Part shown: piece by piece, positions 10,711 to 22,699 of the stretch
How the letters are laid out: every line of letters begins with the position of its first letter
Numbering within the stretch: the stretch's first letter is position 1
NCBI GenBank assembly: GCA_002269645.1
Contig: NIVC01002348.1
Span: forward strand, 1 to 37,009
Direction: 5' to 3'
DNA length: 37,009 nt
From: Macrostomum lignano
Taxonomy: Eukaryota
Notes under the pieces: generated by a model
The model's input: the letters and a program-made list of their open reading frames with translations, nothing else
Told to the model about the DNA's origin: nothing
Database searches by the model: none
Position numbers and translations under genes: made by a program

Positions 10711-13700
10711 ATGAAGCTGTTACAATATTTTCTTTTTCTGTACTTAACATCCGCCACCTCAGGCCTGGAGTTCAATCTGACAGTTGTGATTGAGCAGAAT
10801 GCTGTAAATGAATCTCTCATCGACCTGGCTGTGAGCAGACGGGTGAACTCGAACTGGAGACTGTTGCCAGGCCACTCAATGTCGCACACAATCGTGCAGG
10901 TGCCCGCGGATGGAGCTCAGCAGGCTGCTAAAGAAGGTGAATGACTGAGCTATTTTGTTTGCTATCACTTCAGAGACTCAATTCCACAGGGCTTGGTACG
11001 TTCCGGAACTTCGACACCCCTACGAGTCCTTAAATTTTTTTGGTAGCATTAGTGCGCATCTAGGATTGCACTAGATTGTATTTTGCTCCGAGAAACTTTA
11101 CTAAGCTTGCATTACAATTTCACCTACATTATATTAACCGAGTATACTAGCGGGTTGATAAGATCCAACCCACCAACATTAGCCTTGATGATTAGCAGTG
11201 AGTCCAATGGCAGTCGAAAACATCAATGCTTAACCTGCATTTGTTGTGTAAAATTGGAATCCTTTTATATAATTAACTCTATTATACTTACTACACCTGT
11301 ACCCCACAAGCTATCTACTTACTCCCAAATTTTTGTATCGTCAGCAGTCTTCTCTAAAAATTCAACTGCTGCTAAAATAATGTACGAGTAAAAGTGTATT
11401 TTCGAGCTCTAGTTGGCCGATAGTGCTTGTTTTTATCCCATTCTTTTCCTCGGGTCCGTCCCAGCTAAATATCCTCTATGTCACTCGCCATTCCAGTGTG
11501 CTCTCAGGATGGTCTGTCAGCTCTACTGGCAATCGGCAGCTGCGGTCTCGTCACGGAGCTGAGCTCGCTAGCCAAGTCGCTGCAACTGCCGTTCATCGCC
11601 CTGCCAACCGCTCTGTGCAGCCCCACTAAACTTCGTGAGCAGTCGAGTGGTCAATGCTATTGCTAACATCCAGTTCGCTTGAAAAATCAGAAGAGTAACC
11701 AAAGAGGGAATGCTCCAACAACTTCCTAAACGATTTAAGCTTAGCATCGCACTAAGTCGTATCAAGTATCAAGCAAGAGGAGGTTTGCATGCCATGTCAA
11801 AATAATTTCTAGTCTGATTTGAATTGATAAGCCGAGAGAAATTTCCGTGTTGACAGCGATTCTGACAACAAGAATATAATAAACGGCAGGTCCAGTGTCT
11901 GACTGTTTTGAACAAGGAAACAGAGACCAACAGGCGCACCCACTTCAAAGAGACTTTTTGACTTTAATAAAGAAAAGAGGCTTGTTTGACTCCACAAAGC
12001 TATCATATTTAACCCGCAGCATTTGGGGTCTTCGGCAACCACGAAACATCCGTGATTCTGGACGCAGCAATTTCTGTAATGGAGTCCACTCGAGCGGAAG
12101 AGATTGCAATTTTGTATGACCAGACAAATGGTAGGTAGTGTCAAAATACTATTAAATCATGATTGTGACTACTCAGTATAGGTGACATGAATAAATTCCA
12201 AAGTTCCTCAAACTTTTCCAAATATTTGCAGGAGGAAGAGTTTTAGAATCGCTGCAATCGCGACTCTCGAGCCTCGGCATCAGCTCCGTCCCTTTCAACG
12301 TCGACCCCACACTCAGCGGAGATCTTCTCTCCGAGAGGCTCAGACGCCTCATGAAGAAGCGCCTGTTCAACGCCATCGTCATGGCGACGCCTCGCAACGC
12401 GCAAAGCATCGTGGCAGCCGCTGCGAACGCCAGCGTCATGCAGCAGAACTACTTCTGGCTCGTGATTGACAGCGGCGGACTCAGCAAGTCCCATCTGACA
12501 CCGTTGTGTCCCAACAACTGCAACCTGGCTCTGCTCAGAGGAGGCACAACTGGCGTCAATCGGCCATCGGACTGTCCGCCTGCAGTGAGAGACGTCTTTC
12601 CGAGCTGCGACACCGACAGCATTCGGGTGAGCGCCAGCTGCCGTGTCGTGCCCTGCCCTGCCCTGCCCTGCCCTGCCCTGCCCTGCCCTGCCCTGCCCTG
12701 CCCTGCCCTGCCCTGCCCTGCCCTGCCCTGCCCTGCCCTGCCCTGCCCTGCCCTGCCTGCCCTGCCCTGCCCTGCCCTGCCCTGCCCTGCCCTGCCCTGT
12801 CCTGCCCTGCCCTGCCCTGCCCTGCCTGCCCTGCCCTGCCCTGCCCTGCCCTGCCCTGCCCTGCCCTGCCCTGCCCTGCCCTGCCCTGCCTGCCCTGCCT
12901 GCCCTGCCCTGCCCTGCCCTGCCCTGCCCTGCCCTGCCCTGCCCTGCCCTGCCCTGCCCTGCCCTGCCCTGCCCTGCCCTGCCCTGCCCTGCCCTGCCCT
13001 GCCCTGCCCTGCCCTGCCTGCCCTGCCCTGCCCTGCCCTGCCCTGCCCTGCCCTGCCCTGCCCTGCCCTGCCCTGCCCTGCCCTGCCCTGCCCTGCCCTG
13101 CTTTGCTCTGCTCGATTTGCTCTAAATCTATTTGAGCAGCAGTGTAACTGTACTCACATTAATACTCGATCTCCCATCAACCGAAATCTTGCACAGACAC
13201 TGGACATCCGTCTCGTGGATGCGATCGAGGCTCTGGCGAAGGCTCTCACAGACTCGCTGACTCAGCAGGGATTCCGAGAGAGCAACGCGTCATGCTTTCC
13301 TCTGCAGCCGTGGTCGTCTGGCTCTCAAGTGCTCAGCAACGTCATGTCTGTGAGTTTTTGGTTTCTGCATTTGATTTTTTCATTGCAGCGTTTTTGCTCA
13401 CTTCGACGCTCATTTCATTGCTCATTATTAACAGGTCTACAGGTATTTGAGCAGTTGCACTCGACACTCTGTCTCATTTCAGCTATCGAGCTTCGACTCG
13501 GGTCGCGGTGAGATTTCCTACAACTCGACAACAGGATTCTTTAACGCTCAGGGCGTCGAGATCGTTGCGTCATTTACTGAGCAGGTGGGAGGGGCAGCTG
13601 GGTTCGTGCTGAGCGGTCGGTTCAGCAGCGGCTCGCTGACGAAACTGTTCCACAAGAGCGGCGCTGAATTCGTGTTTCCCAACACCTTCACGGGGTTCAA

Positions 13701-15782
13701 CAATGCTACAATTATGATTTGTGCTCCGACTGTACGTTAACTGTTTATAATAGTAAAACAATTTATTTGTTACTTGAGCTCCTTTCCTGTGCAATCCTTA
13801 GGTCTCTCCGAACACCTTGGTAATCGCTGAACTTGGCAACGACACATTTATTGGAAGTGGCTTCGTTCCTGATTTGGTGGAATACCTTTCGAAGAAGTTA
13901 AACTTTCGGTATGCTTTTTATTTTAAAGTCTACATAAAAAACAATACTAACGGTCACGTCAAACGATACCGATGCAGGTATATTTTGAAGAGGCCCTCGG
14001 ACGGCCAGCCGGGCGCTCCTGTTGCAGGCTCGCCATTTTTCACTGGCTGCATTGGAGAGCTGCAGCAAGGCGTGAGAACATTTTGTTTAATTTGAAGTGT
14101 CTTTTTATACCGTTTTAGGAGGGCAAACCATAATTTCTCTTTTTCTACGAGCGTAGATTGTTAGCCTTGGAGCTGGATTATTCACCAAGACAACTGTTCG
14201 TGACGCCGTGATCGACTACTCCGCCGCGCTCTTCGCTGAATACCACGCCATTCTGGTGCCGAAACCAAAGCCGGCCACCAAGATGTGGAATGTTTTCTTT
14301 CCATTGACGTGGCAGCTGTGGCTGTGTCTGGCTGCCTCTCTGTTTGTGTCCGCATTCTTCGTCTGGATCATGGCTTACTACTCTCCGTTCTCAGCCTACA
14401 ATCTGCAACTCGAGTACTCGATCCGTGACGAGATCAGCTACTTCGAATACCTGTGGTGCGTCACTGGCTGTTTCATGCAGCAGGGCCAGGACTTTTATCC
14501 GTTCGCCACGTCGCCAAGAGTTTCTCTGGCATTCTGGTTCTTCTTCCAAGTGATTGTGTATGCGGCCTACACTGGTGAGCTCGGGGTGCAAGGGGTAAAT
14601 CATGTTAATGAGTGCAAAGTTGCAATTCTTGCTTATCTTCCATATCACAGCGTTTCTGACCTCAATGCTGACGGTAAGTGTGACCCAGCTACCAATAAAA
14701 ACGCTGGAGGACTTGGCCTCGCAGACTGCCATCAGACCCGGAGCCATACCCGGCACCAGCGCCCACCAGTTGATGAAGTCGTCAGACTCTGGCATCTACG
14801 GCGAAATTGGAGGCCTGCTTCTGGACGCGCCGAACTGTCCGTACGAGGTGCGCAGTCGTTTGATTCAGTAGTCATTGATGCAGGATATTTAGCACGTTTA
14901 ACCTTCTGTCAAAACATTTTCAGACTCTGGAAACTGGTAGCGTAGCTTGTCTTGGCGACGCTTCCCGGATGCGTTTCATTGCCCGGTCCAACTGCAAGAA
15001 AGCGTACGTAGCTGACGATTTGTTCAACGCGGCAACCGTAGCGTTCACTTATCCCGAGGACGCCATTTACGGTCCGGCGGTGGACTTTTAGTAAGACGCA
15101 GAGGGAGTATGCCTTTTGCTTTTACGAGCACTTTAAAAGCTGTCTGTGCTGCAATACCTTGACGCGGATTTTAAATGCTTTAAAATTGCTTTATGATAGC
15201 TTCTGCTCTTTTAACCGCACTTATTTTGCTTTCATGTTTGTGGTCTTTAAAAGTAGCCAGAATTAATTGTTGGTTCTTTAATTGTTTTTTTACTTTCTCC
15301 GTGTTCTGTGGTTCTCCGTAGCAATCGTCATTTCTTGTATTTTCCAGCATCTGAATTTTTTAAGAAAATTGAGCGGTTTCTTATTTGTTTTTGAAATTTT
15401 CATAACGCATTGAAACATTGCTGCATTTTTTCGCAAATTATAACTCCCTGTGCATCCGCAGCACTGCAAAGTCAAATTTGAACCAAAGTTAAACAAACTG
15501 TACCTATTTTTCAGTCTGAGCAAACTCAGCGAGACCGGTCAGCTCCAGCTGCTATTCGACAAGTACTACAAGACCGACTCTGATGACCAGTGCAGCGAAG
15601 GCGATAGTGACGCGAGCTTCACTGGCGCCGAGTCAATCGGTCTGGACACGGTGGCAGGCTGCTTTGTTGTCACCGGCAGCTTCTTTGCTGTCGGTCTGCT
15701 TCTGCTGGCTGGCGAGTTGGTGCTGGCGAGACTGAAGCGGCTGGACTGCTGCGCGAACAGTAGGGTCGCCCCAGCAGAATGA
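10711..15782 (+). CDS. F2: divergent ionotropic glutamate receptor-like channel (signal peptide, ATD, S1, M1, pore loop, M3, S2, M4), 12 exons, 840 aa, intact
   Basis: Exons 10711-10936, 11497-11634, 12020-12130, 12232-12626, 13197-13349, 13483-13731, 13802-13908, 13978-14071, 14157-14574, 14651-14847, 14924-15090 and 15515-15782. All are GT-AG with consistent phases and sum to 2523 nt. Motifs: FTKTTVRDAVIDYS (S1), FMQQGQDFYP (pore), AYTAFLTSMLT (SYTANLAAFLT variant), IKTLEDLASQT, hydrophobic M4. Confidence 0.92.
12650..13100. repeat. (CCCTG)n / (GGGCA)n pentanucleotide tract in F2 intron 4
   Basis: About 450 bp, with occasional 4-nt CCTG units; lies between donor 12627 and acceptor 13196. 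Confidence 0.98.
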
Positions 15783-16256
15783 CCGTCTGTGACTACTGAA
15801 TCACCCAGCTATGACTGGCATTACTTTGATCAAGTTTATTAAGTCCTCTTATTGAAACGCAATACAGCGTCAAACAAACAATGCAATCTAAATCATTCTG
15901 ATATAGTTTTCCTTTTATTTGACACATGAGCTACCCAAAATCCAACACAGAACTTGCGTAAAATCGAGCAACAAAAACACGTAAAAACGCTGCAACTCTC
16001 TACGGAGTATTTTGCTGCACATCTTGTACTAGAGCTAAAGGCCGTCACTCTTAAGACGTTAGTGTCGCTCTGTACGAGCTCTGTAGTATTGTAGAAAGTT
16101 GCTGTTTCATAACAACTTTTTCTTATCTAAGACTACAATTCAAAGAATGAAAATTTGTGAAGATACATGTATGCTAATTCGCAAGCTACGTTTGAAAGTG
16201 CTTTGGAGAAAAGGGTTTAGAGATATTTACCTTAAAATTATTGGGAGTAATTGTAG

Positions 16257-18640
16257 TTTCACCAGTGAACGAGCCGAGCCGCGCCTCGGCTGCGCCGGGC
16301 GAGAGCGAGAGACCCCGAGGCCCCGCCAGGGGCCGAGGGCGAGTTAATAATTTCTACCCATGGCGGCCGAAGGCCGACATGGGCTAGAAAGTAATTACGA
16401 GTAAATAAGTTAGCCTCCCATGCATTTTTTAATTTCACGTTTTTTCGCCAAAAATGCTCCTGTTTTGCAACCACTGCACCGATTGAGTTGAGTGAGGTGT
16501 CGATCGATAGAAAACTTTTAGATCTATCGAATGAACATACTCTCAAGTGCACAGATTTCTTAAATGAGCCGTAAATTAACTGGAAAGACGATTTTTCAAA
16601 AGTGCTTCTGGAAGATCTCAAAATTCTGGTACACCTTACGAGATACGGCTTCGACATCTGAAGATCAAAGTTGTAAAACTAAATTTCCTACAAAATGGTA
16701 TATGGCGCTTTGATTTATTTCTGCATCTTTATGTAGTTTTGGTGGGTTTTTTGGGTAAAAAAATGACCCTCATTTTATTATTTCCCCACTTTTTCCTACG
16801 AAGTTTTTTGAGTTTCGGCTTCAAAGCAGTACAGTTGGATGCGCAATGCAAAAATCTACAAGTGTCTAAAGTTTTGTTTTCCTACGATTCTGCAGTGCTG
16901 AGAAAATCGATAAAGATCGATTTTTCAAAAAATCACATGGCTTTCGTATTATTGCTCATTATAATTTTGAGAACATGGTGCGAATAATCCGACTTCGAAT
17001 TTCTATAGCATAGTTGCTGTACTATATTGGTTTGAATTGCCGCCGTCTGATTTCGCTGCTTTCGGGTTGAAAAATCGATCAGAAATTTGTGATTTTTGGA
17101 TGATTGGGTGCCCGAAAAATGGATGATAAAAATTTTAAAAGAAGGGTAGATCAAAGGCGGATACTGCAGCGAGTTGTACTATTGTCTGGCTAAAATCGAC
17201 CAAGTTTTTGAGAGTCTGCAACAAGTGCTCATGTGTCAAAAGTGATTGGAAATCGATAAGAGTAGAGATTTTTTAATATTTAGCTTGAAATCAGGCACAA
17301 TAACGCAATAGGACGACAATATTTTTATGAAATCTGATTTCCAACATAACGAGGCACATTTTTGTGCAATTTCTAGAGATTCGGTTCATTAGGTAAAAAA
17401 TTATCGATAAAAAACTGAAAACATGATTTTTGACACTTTTGTTACTTCCGGGGCTATTTAACCGGGAAATGGTAGAAATTTTGCACTGAAAACAATGCAC
17501 AGTGTTCCAGACAGTTAATTTAACAAATTTCTTGAGTTTCATAACGATTCGATGATTTTTCAGGTAAAAAAGTGTATTTTTGTACAAAATTCATCAGATT
17601 AAGCTGCATATCGCTTTGCAAAATTTGCATTTGCATGCGATTGCTTGCATAGCTTTGGCGTTATAGGCTAAGTTAGGCTGGTTAGAAAGGAAAGGAAAGG
17701 AAAGGAAAGGAAGAAATATTCGTACATACAATGTACACACCCGTCCCTTCCAAGTGGGGTTGTGGCAACGCGAGAGGGCTTGGCGGCTTGGTTTGGAGGG
17801 CGTGTAATAAGAGTAGCTTCATTCGACTCGCGCACAGACCAAGGAAAATTAGATCGAAAAACGGGCGTCACGTGATTAGGATTTCGCATTAAATTTAGCT
17901 CTTTAACTGAACATTTGAATTGCAAGCCCAGTACAAAGTTTGGCCGGTGGCAAGCTCCAAGTCACTACGTGTACATCCCCCCAGGCTTATTAAGTACGAT
18001 AGTACGATAGGTCAGGCGATACGCGGCTTATTAAGTAGGTATGTACAGTGTTTTGGAATAACTTTATTTATAGCTTTCTTTGCAACCCCGTTGAAGAAGA
18101 GGCTTAGGGAGGATCTTATGTCAGTTTAGTGTACTATCTGATTGATAGTATCAGTCAGTATGAGTATTAGGTCCCACAAAACTGGCCTGGCTTTCCAAGC
18201 ACTTAAGCTGATGCTAGAGGATCTTGCGCCGAAACAACCAGCTTAAATGGAGTTGTATAACCCTGCTACGCTCTAGAGACTTTAGACAATTTTTTTAGAT
18301 CGAGGGCCTATTGTAGAAGATTCCAGTTCATGGTTGCGGGCCAGATAAGAGAGGAAATGAAAGAGAATAGATGGAGAAGAGAAAAGACGAGATAAAAGAT
18401 AAAGATAAGGCAAGGCGAGAGAAAAGCGAGAGGAGAGGGGAGACTAGAGAGAGATTAGAGAGGAGAAAAACAGAACAGACAAAGAGAAAAATGGGATAAG
18501 TAAATATTTAAATTTTTCTTGAGATTCTCAGTTCTTTTTTATCGGTAAAAAACTAGGTTTATCAAGTAGTATGAAGACCCACGTCTAAAAAGAAGCCCGT
18601 TCACTGGTGGCAAAAAGACGTGTGCGTCTTCATACTACTT
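16257..18640 (+). mobile_element. Probable non-autonomous Helentron/Helitron2-like (HINE-type) insertion, possibly with nested repeats
   Basis: Absent from the homologous F1-R1 spacer (~6215-6235). Asymmetric inverted repeat CACCAGTGAACG (16260-16271) / CGTTCACTGGTG (18598-18609), then hairpin AAGACG-TGTG-CGTCTT (18615-18630). TTGTAG occurs at both junctions. No coding capacity recognised. Confidence 0.5.
17686..17710. repeat. (AAAGG)5 microsatellite
   Basis: Directly visible. Confidence 0.9.
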
Positions 18641-19821
18641 GTAGCCCTCACGAAGTGGGCAGAAGCAGCCGAAGAGTTACATGTATTGCAGATGATTAGA
18701 TTATGTCGATTATAAATAGCAGAAGAGCTATTTTATAATCGATTGAATGGGCAATCACACAGTTGTCCATAGTTGGTGTGTGAAATTTCGAGAAAAAGTA
18801 GCTTCAGTTGCTACTAAAGATATTTTAATCAGTAGTTTGTTCTATATCAGGAATTCTAGTGTTTCTACTAGCCATATTTTAATTCCTCTTATCATAAATT
18901 AAGTTTATTTAAAACCTAGATGCAACCGCGGTACTTTCAGAAATGTTTGTACCCGTCATACACACGGTTTTCGTCAAGTGATAGGAAGGAGTCGTATGGA
19001 AAAAATCTTAATTGTTCATTTCAGTTGAATAAAACTAGTTCAGATGCTGGGTATGTACGAGCGTACGGTAGCTCTTTGTTAAAAATTTAGTCAAATTTAT
19101 TAGTCAAATGGGTGAAGAAATTAAAGCTGAAAAAAGATACAAAGATTATTAACTTTAGAGTACACGAATAAAGTGCGATTTTTATGGCTCATATAAGTGA
19201 GTTATTTAGAAAATGATCAGTGCCAATAAGCCATTTCAACTTAATCAATTTAATCTACTTCCGTGATATTACGCATAATACGGCTATATTTTGTCATAGA
19301 AAGATTAAACGGATAAACCATTGTCCGTTTTAGTGTTTCGATCACTTTTTGTGATCTTTTTTTGATCCTTTGTGAGCCTGGAGTGAAATGGTGTTAGCCA
19401 TCCACTCCTCGCGCTGTACATTGTGCCGCCTTCGTGCGCCGTCCTTTCTACCCCTCTGTGGGGTGTGGGGGGGGGTATGCTCACCCGCTTATTTATCTGC
19501 ACGCCACCCTCTGTTCCACGTCGCTCGCTTTGGCTTTGCAGCTCAATTTTTTGTTCAATACTAGAACTTTTAAACTTATAAATATACGGTCGTAATTCCT
19601 TCACTGGTCGTTGATACACTTGCATATTAGTAGGTGCGACACAATCTAAAAACCTGATCGATAAAATTGTTGTCGAAAGAAGCCGTGAGTGGTAAATAAG
19701 CCGACTAAATACCCGCATGAGCTAAAAGTACAATAAAAACTTTTATAAAAACCTCTGAAAATGTTTCGCCCAAAAACAGGTTGTCCAAAAACTGCAAAAA
19801 ATCGATCGAACATCACGTGTT

Positions 19822-22587
19822 TCACCGGTAAATCAGCCGGGCTGCGACAAATTCTCCAGCAAGCAGCGCCAAGCCCATCGCGTAGAAACAGCCGGCTACC
19901 GCATACGGACCCGCCACAATGCCTAAATTAATCGCATCGGCGGACCTAGCGTTGCTCGAGGTTCTTCTGACACAGGCCGCACCAGTCTCCGGCTGGAAGT
20001 ATCTCTGTTTCAGCATCGGGATCTGGCCTGCCTCGTGTAGTTGGCGCATGCTGAATAAAATTTGCAGGGTTGCGACCAACCTTTTTGACTGATCAAAGCT
20101 CTACGTGCGTAGTCGTCATCGATAAATGAAAATTCGCTTACTATAGTAGTTGACAGCCTTTCCGTACACAGCATCCTCTGGCATTATGAAGGCCACAGTC
20201 GCGGCGTTGAAAACTTCCTCGGCTAAGTACCAGCGAGTGCAGTTCATTTGCACCAGGTATTCGATCAGCGACACGTCACCCATGCAAGCGATCTTGTTGT
20301 TATTGTCCATCTGTGGGAGCAACAGTTAAACAAATAATAGAGGGGCGCTTTAAAACCTTACAGTTGCTGACGTTACACGAAAGGAGAGCCAAAGAGCTGC
20401 TGGGTCTTCTTCAGAAACCTTAGTGTTAACAAATGGAATCAATCCATAGACCTTGATTCACATTAGGTATCGTGAAGAAACCAGGAAGTTTATTGTCGGT
20501 TATGAGTGTAAGATAAAAATCCAGAAAATTTGATCTCATTACTGCCTCATTATAGATAGGATCAAGGACCACTAGTAGATAAGTAGTCCGTGGATAGGAT
20601 AAACATGCGAACCAAGACACCATGGATTTTTTTACAACGGATATTTCTCGACAAGATTTGTCTATCGGCAAAACACATTTAGCGCAAAGCGAAAAAGCAA
20701 ATCATCAGTATGGGACTTTAGCGCCAAAAAGCAATACTCCCCCATCCATCTGAAAATGCTTACACTGAAAAACATGTAGAAGCTAAGCGCTCTATTGTCA
20801 TTCAATTCAAATTTCATATAATTTTCACGCATAGAAATTTTGTTTTTAACTCGTATGTTACCTCAGCGATGCAGCTGCGAGGTGACAGCAGCTTGCTGCT
20901 AAGCTGCTTGTACACCCCAGTCTGAGCAGTTGTCAGCAGAGTGTGCACATTGCCACCAGCTGATGCAGCTGGTATGATATTGTTCTGATCAGCCAAGTCC
21001 CGCAGAGTCTTAATTGGTACACTGGTCACTGACACGGTCAGCGTTGAGGTCAGAAAGGCTGCACCGAATTTTTTAGGATATTTCGGTTAGCTTTGGTTTA
21101 GTTGGAATATTATAAAGTTTATAGGCTCCATAAATGCCTACTATTAGCTGCTTTCAAGATATTGCAGATATTCTGAGAGCTTACGCAGGAAATACACTCA
21201 GCAACAGTTAAAATGCAACCCTCTAACTAGAAGAAAACTGATTCGCTTAGACGACCAAAAACGCATTGGTCTACAAAAAGGAACCCCATTTGTAATTGGG
21301 GTTCGACCCACTATCTAGAGCGGCATTTCCCGTGTTCTCGTGCCATCTACTGTTGCTTGGTCTTTTATGTTGCACTAAAATCCTAGAGCACTAAAAAATG
21401 GGATTGACTAAACTGCACCACCTGTGTACGCCGCGTAGATGATAACATTGAAAAACCACCAGAAGGCCAGCAATGTTCTTGGTGACATTGCGCTTGGGTA
21501 AAAGTCCTGGCCCTGCTGCAGGAAGCTACCGATCATGGTCCAAACATACTGCAAATAGCGGGCCTCGTCGATATTTGCACCGTCAAGATTCAAATTTGTG
21601 CTCGAGAATGGCGAAAAGTAGGCCAGAATCCATACGAAAAAGGCCGCTACGAAGACGGAGCCACCCAAAGCCAGCCACACAGTCCAGTGGAGCGGCAGGA
21701 ACACATTCCACAGGCCTGTGCGAGCCTCTGCACGAGGGACTATCACTCCGCTGTACTCCGCATACAGGTCCGTTGTGTAGTCGATCACTGCGTCCCGAAC
21801 TGTGGTCTTTGTGAACGGGCCAGCGCCAAGCTGAGCAATCTTAATCGAGCATGATAAAAGAAAGAGGCGATGGATAAAGTCGCAAAGATAACGCCATCGT
21901 GCAGAAAGTGTCAAGGGTAATAGTACACAGTCAATCGACTAACTTACACCACGCTGAACTTCACCAACACATCCGGTATAGTAAGGAGATATTGGACTGG
22001 GACCTCCCCAACTGACCATCGTCCGGACTCTTTGTTGTATACCTAAAATTTTTTTTGAGAGTTACAGAACTTACCAAAACTTACAAAATTTGGTAAACTG
22101 CAGTAACGCCATGCCGAAAGTTCCGTCTTTCGGCCAGAAAATCGATCACTTCGATTGCGAATCCAGTGGTAATAACGGAAGAATTCGAAAACTTCTGCTG
22201 GAACACTATCACAGGAGGATACTGCAAAAGGTGGCAAATCGCTGGGTTAAATCTCTGAAACTTTATCTAAGAGCGTAAACCACTGACGTCGCAAATATGC
22301 TGGGATGCTATTAGCTTAGCGAAGATAAATAATAAAGCAAAACATTAATACCGAGGGAGCGCAGGCCACAATGCTGGCATTGTTGAACCCTGTGAAGGTG
22401 TTGGGGAACACGAATGCACCGCCGCTCTTGTGGAACAGTTTCGTCAGCGAGCCGCTGCTGAACCGACCGCTCAGCTCGAACCGAGCTGCCGCTCCCACCT
22501 GCTCAGTGAATGATGCAACGATCTCAACGCCCTGAGCGTTGAAGAATCCTGTTGTCGAGTTGTAGGAAATCTCACCGCGACCCGAGT
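19822..22587 (-). pseudogene. R2: 5'-truncated iGluR-like gene (part of exon 6 through exon 12) with two frameshifts
   Basis: Exons on the minus strand: 22352-22587 (partial 6), 22115-22221 (107 nt, GC donor), 21948-22042 (95 vs 94 nt; extra T near 22010 breaks DGQWG), 21422-21839 (418), 20862-21058 (197), 20142-20310 (169 vs 167; extra TA at donor) and 19822-20050. Motifs FLQQGQDFYP and AYTAFLTSTLT. Confidence 0.88.
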
Positions 22588-22699
22588 TCCGATTTGAAAT
22601 TCAAAAGAAACACAGTCACATTCTATTTCGACAGAGGGATAAAACACAGCATATCGACGAACATAAGAGTAAAATGAAAAACAGGAACAAGACAGTGTC

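Noticed and set aside
14391-14795. Antisense ORFs over exons (also 21473-21814, 29231-29479, 36187-36495)
   Set aside because: Shadows of GC-rich sense exons.
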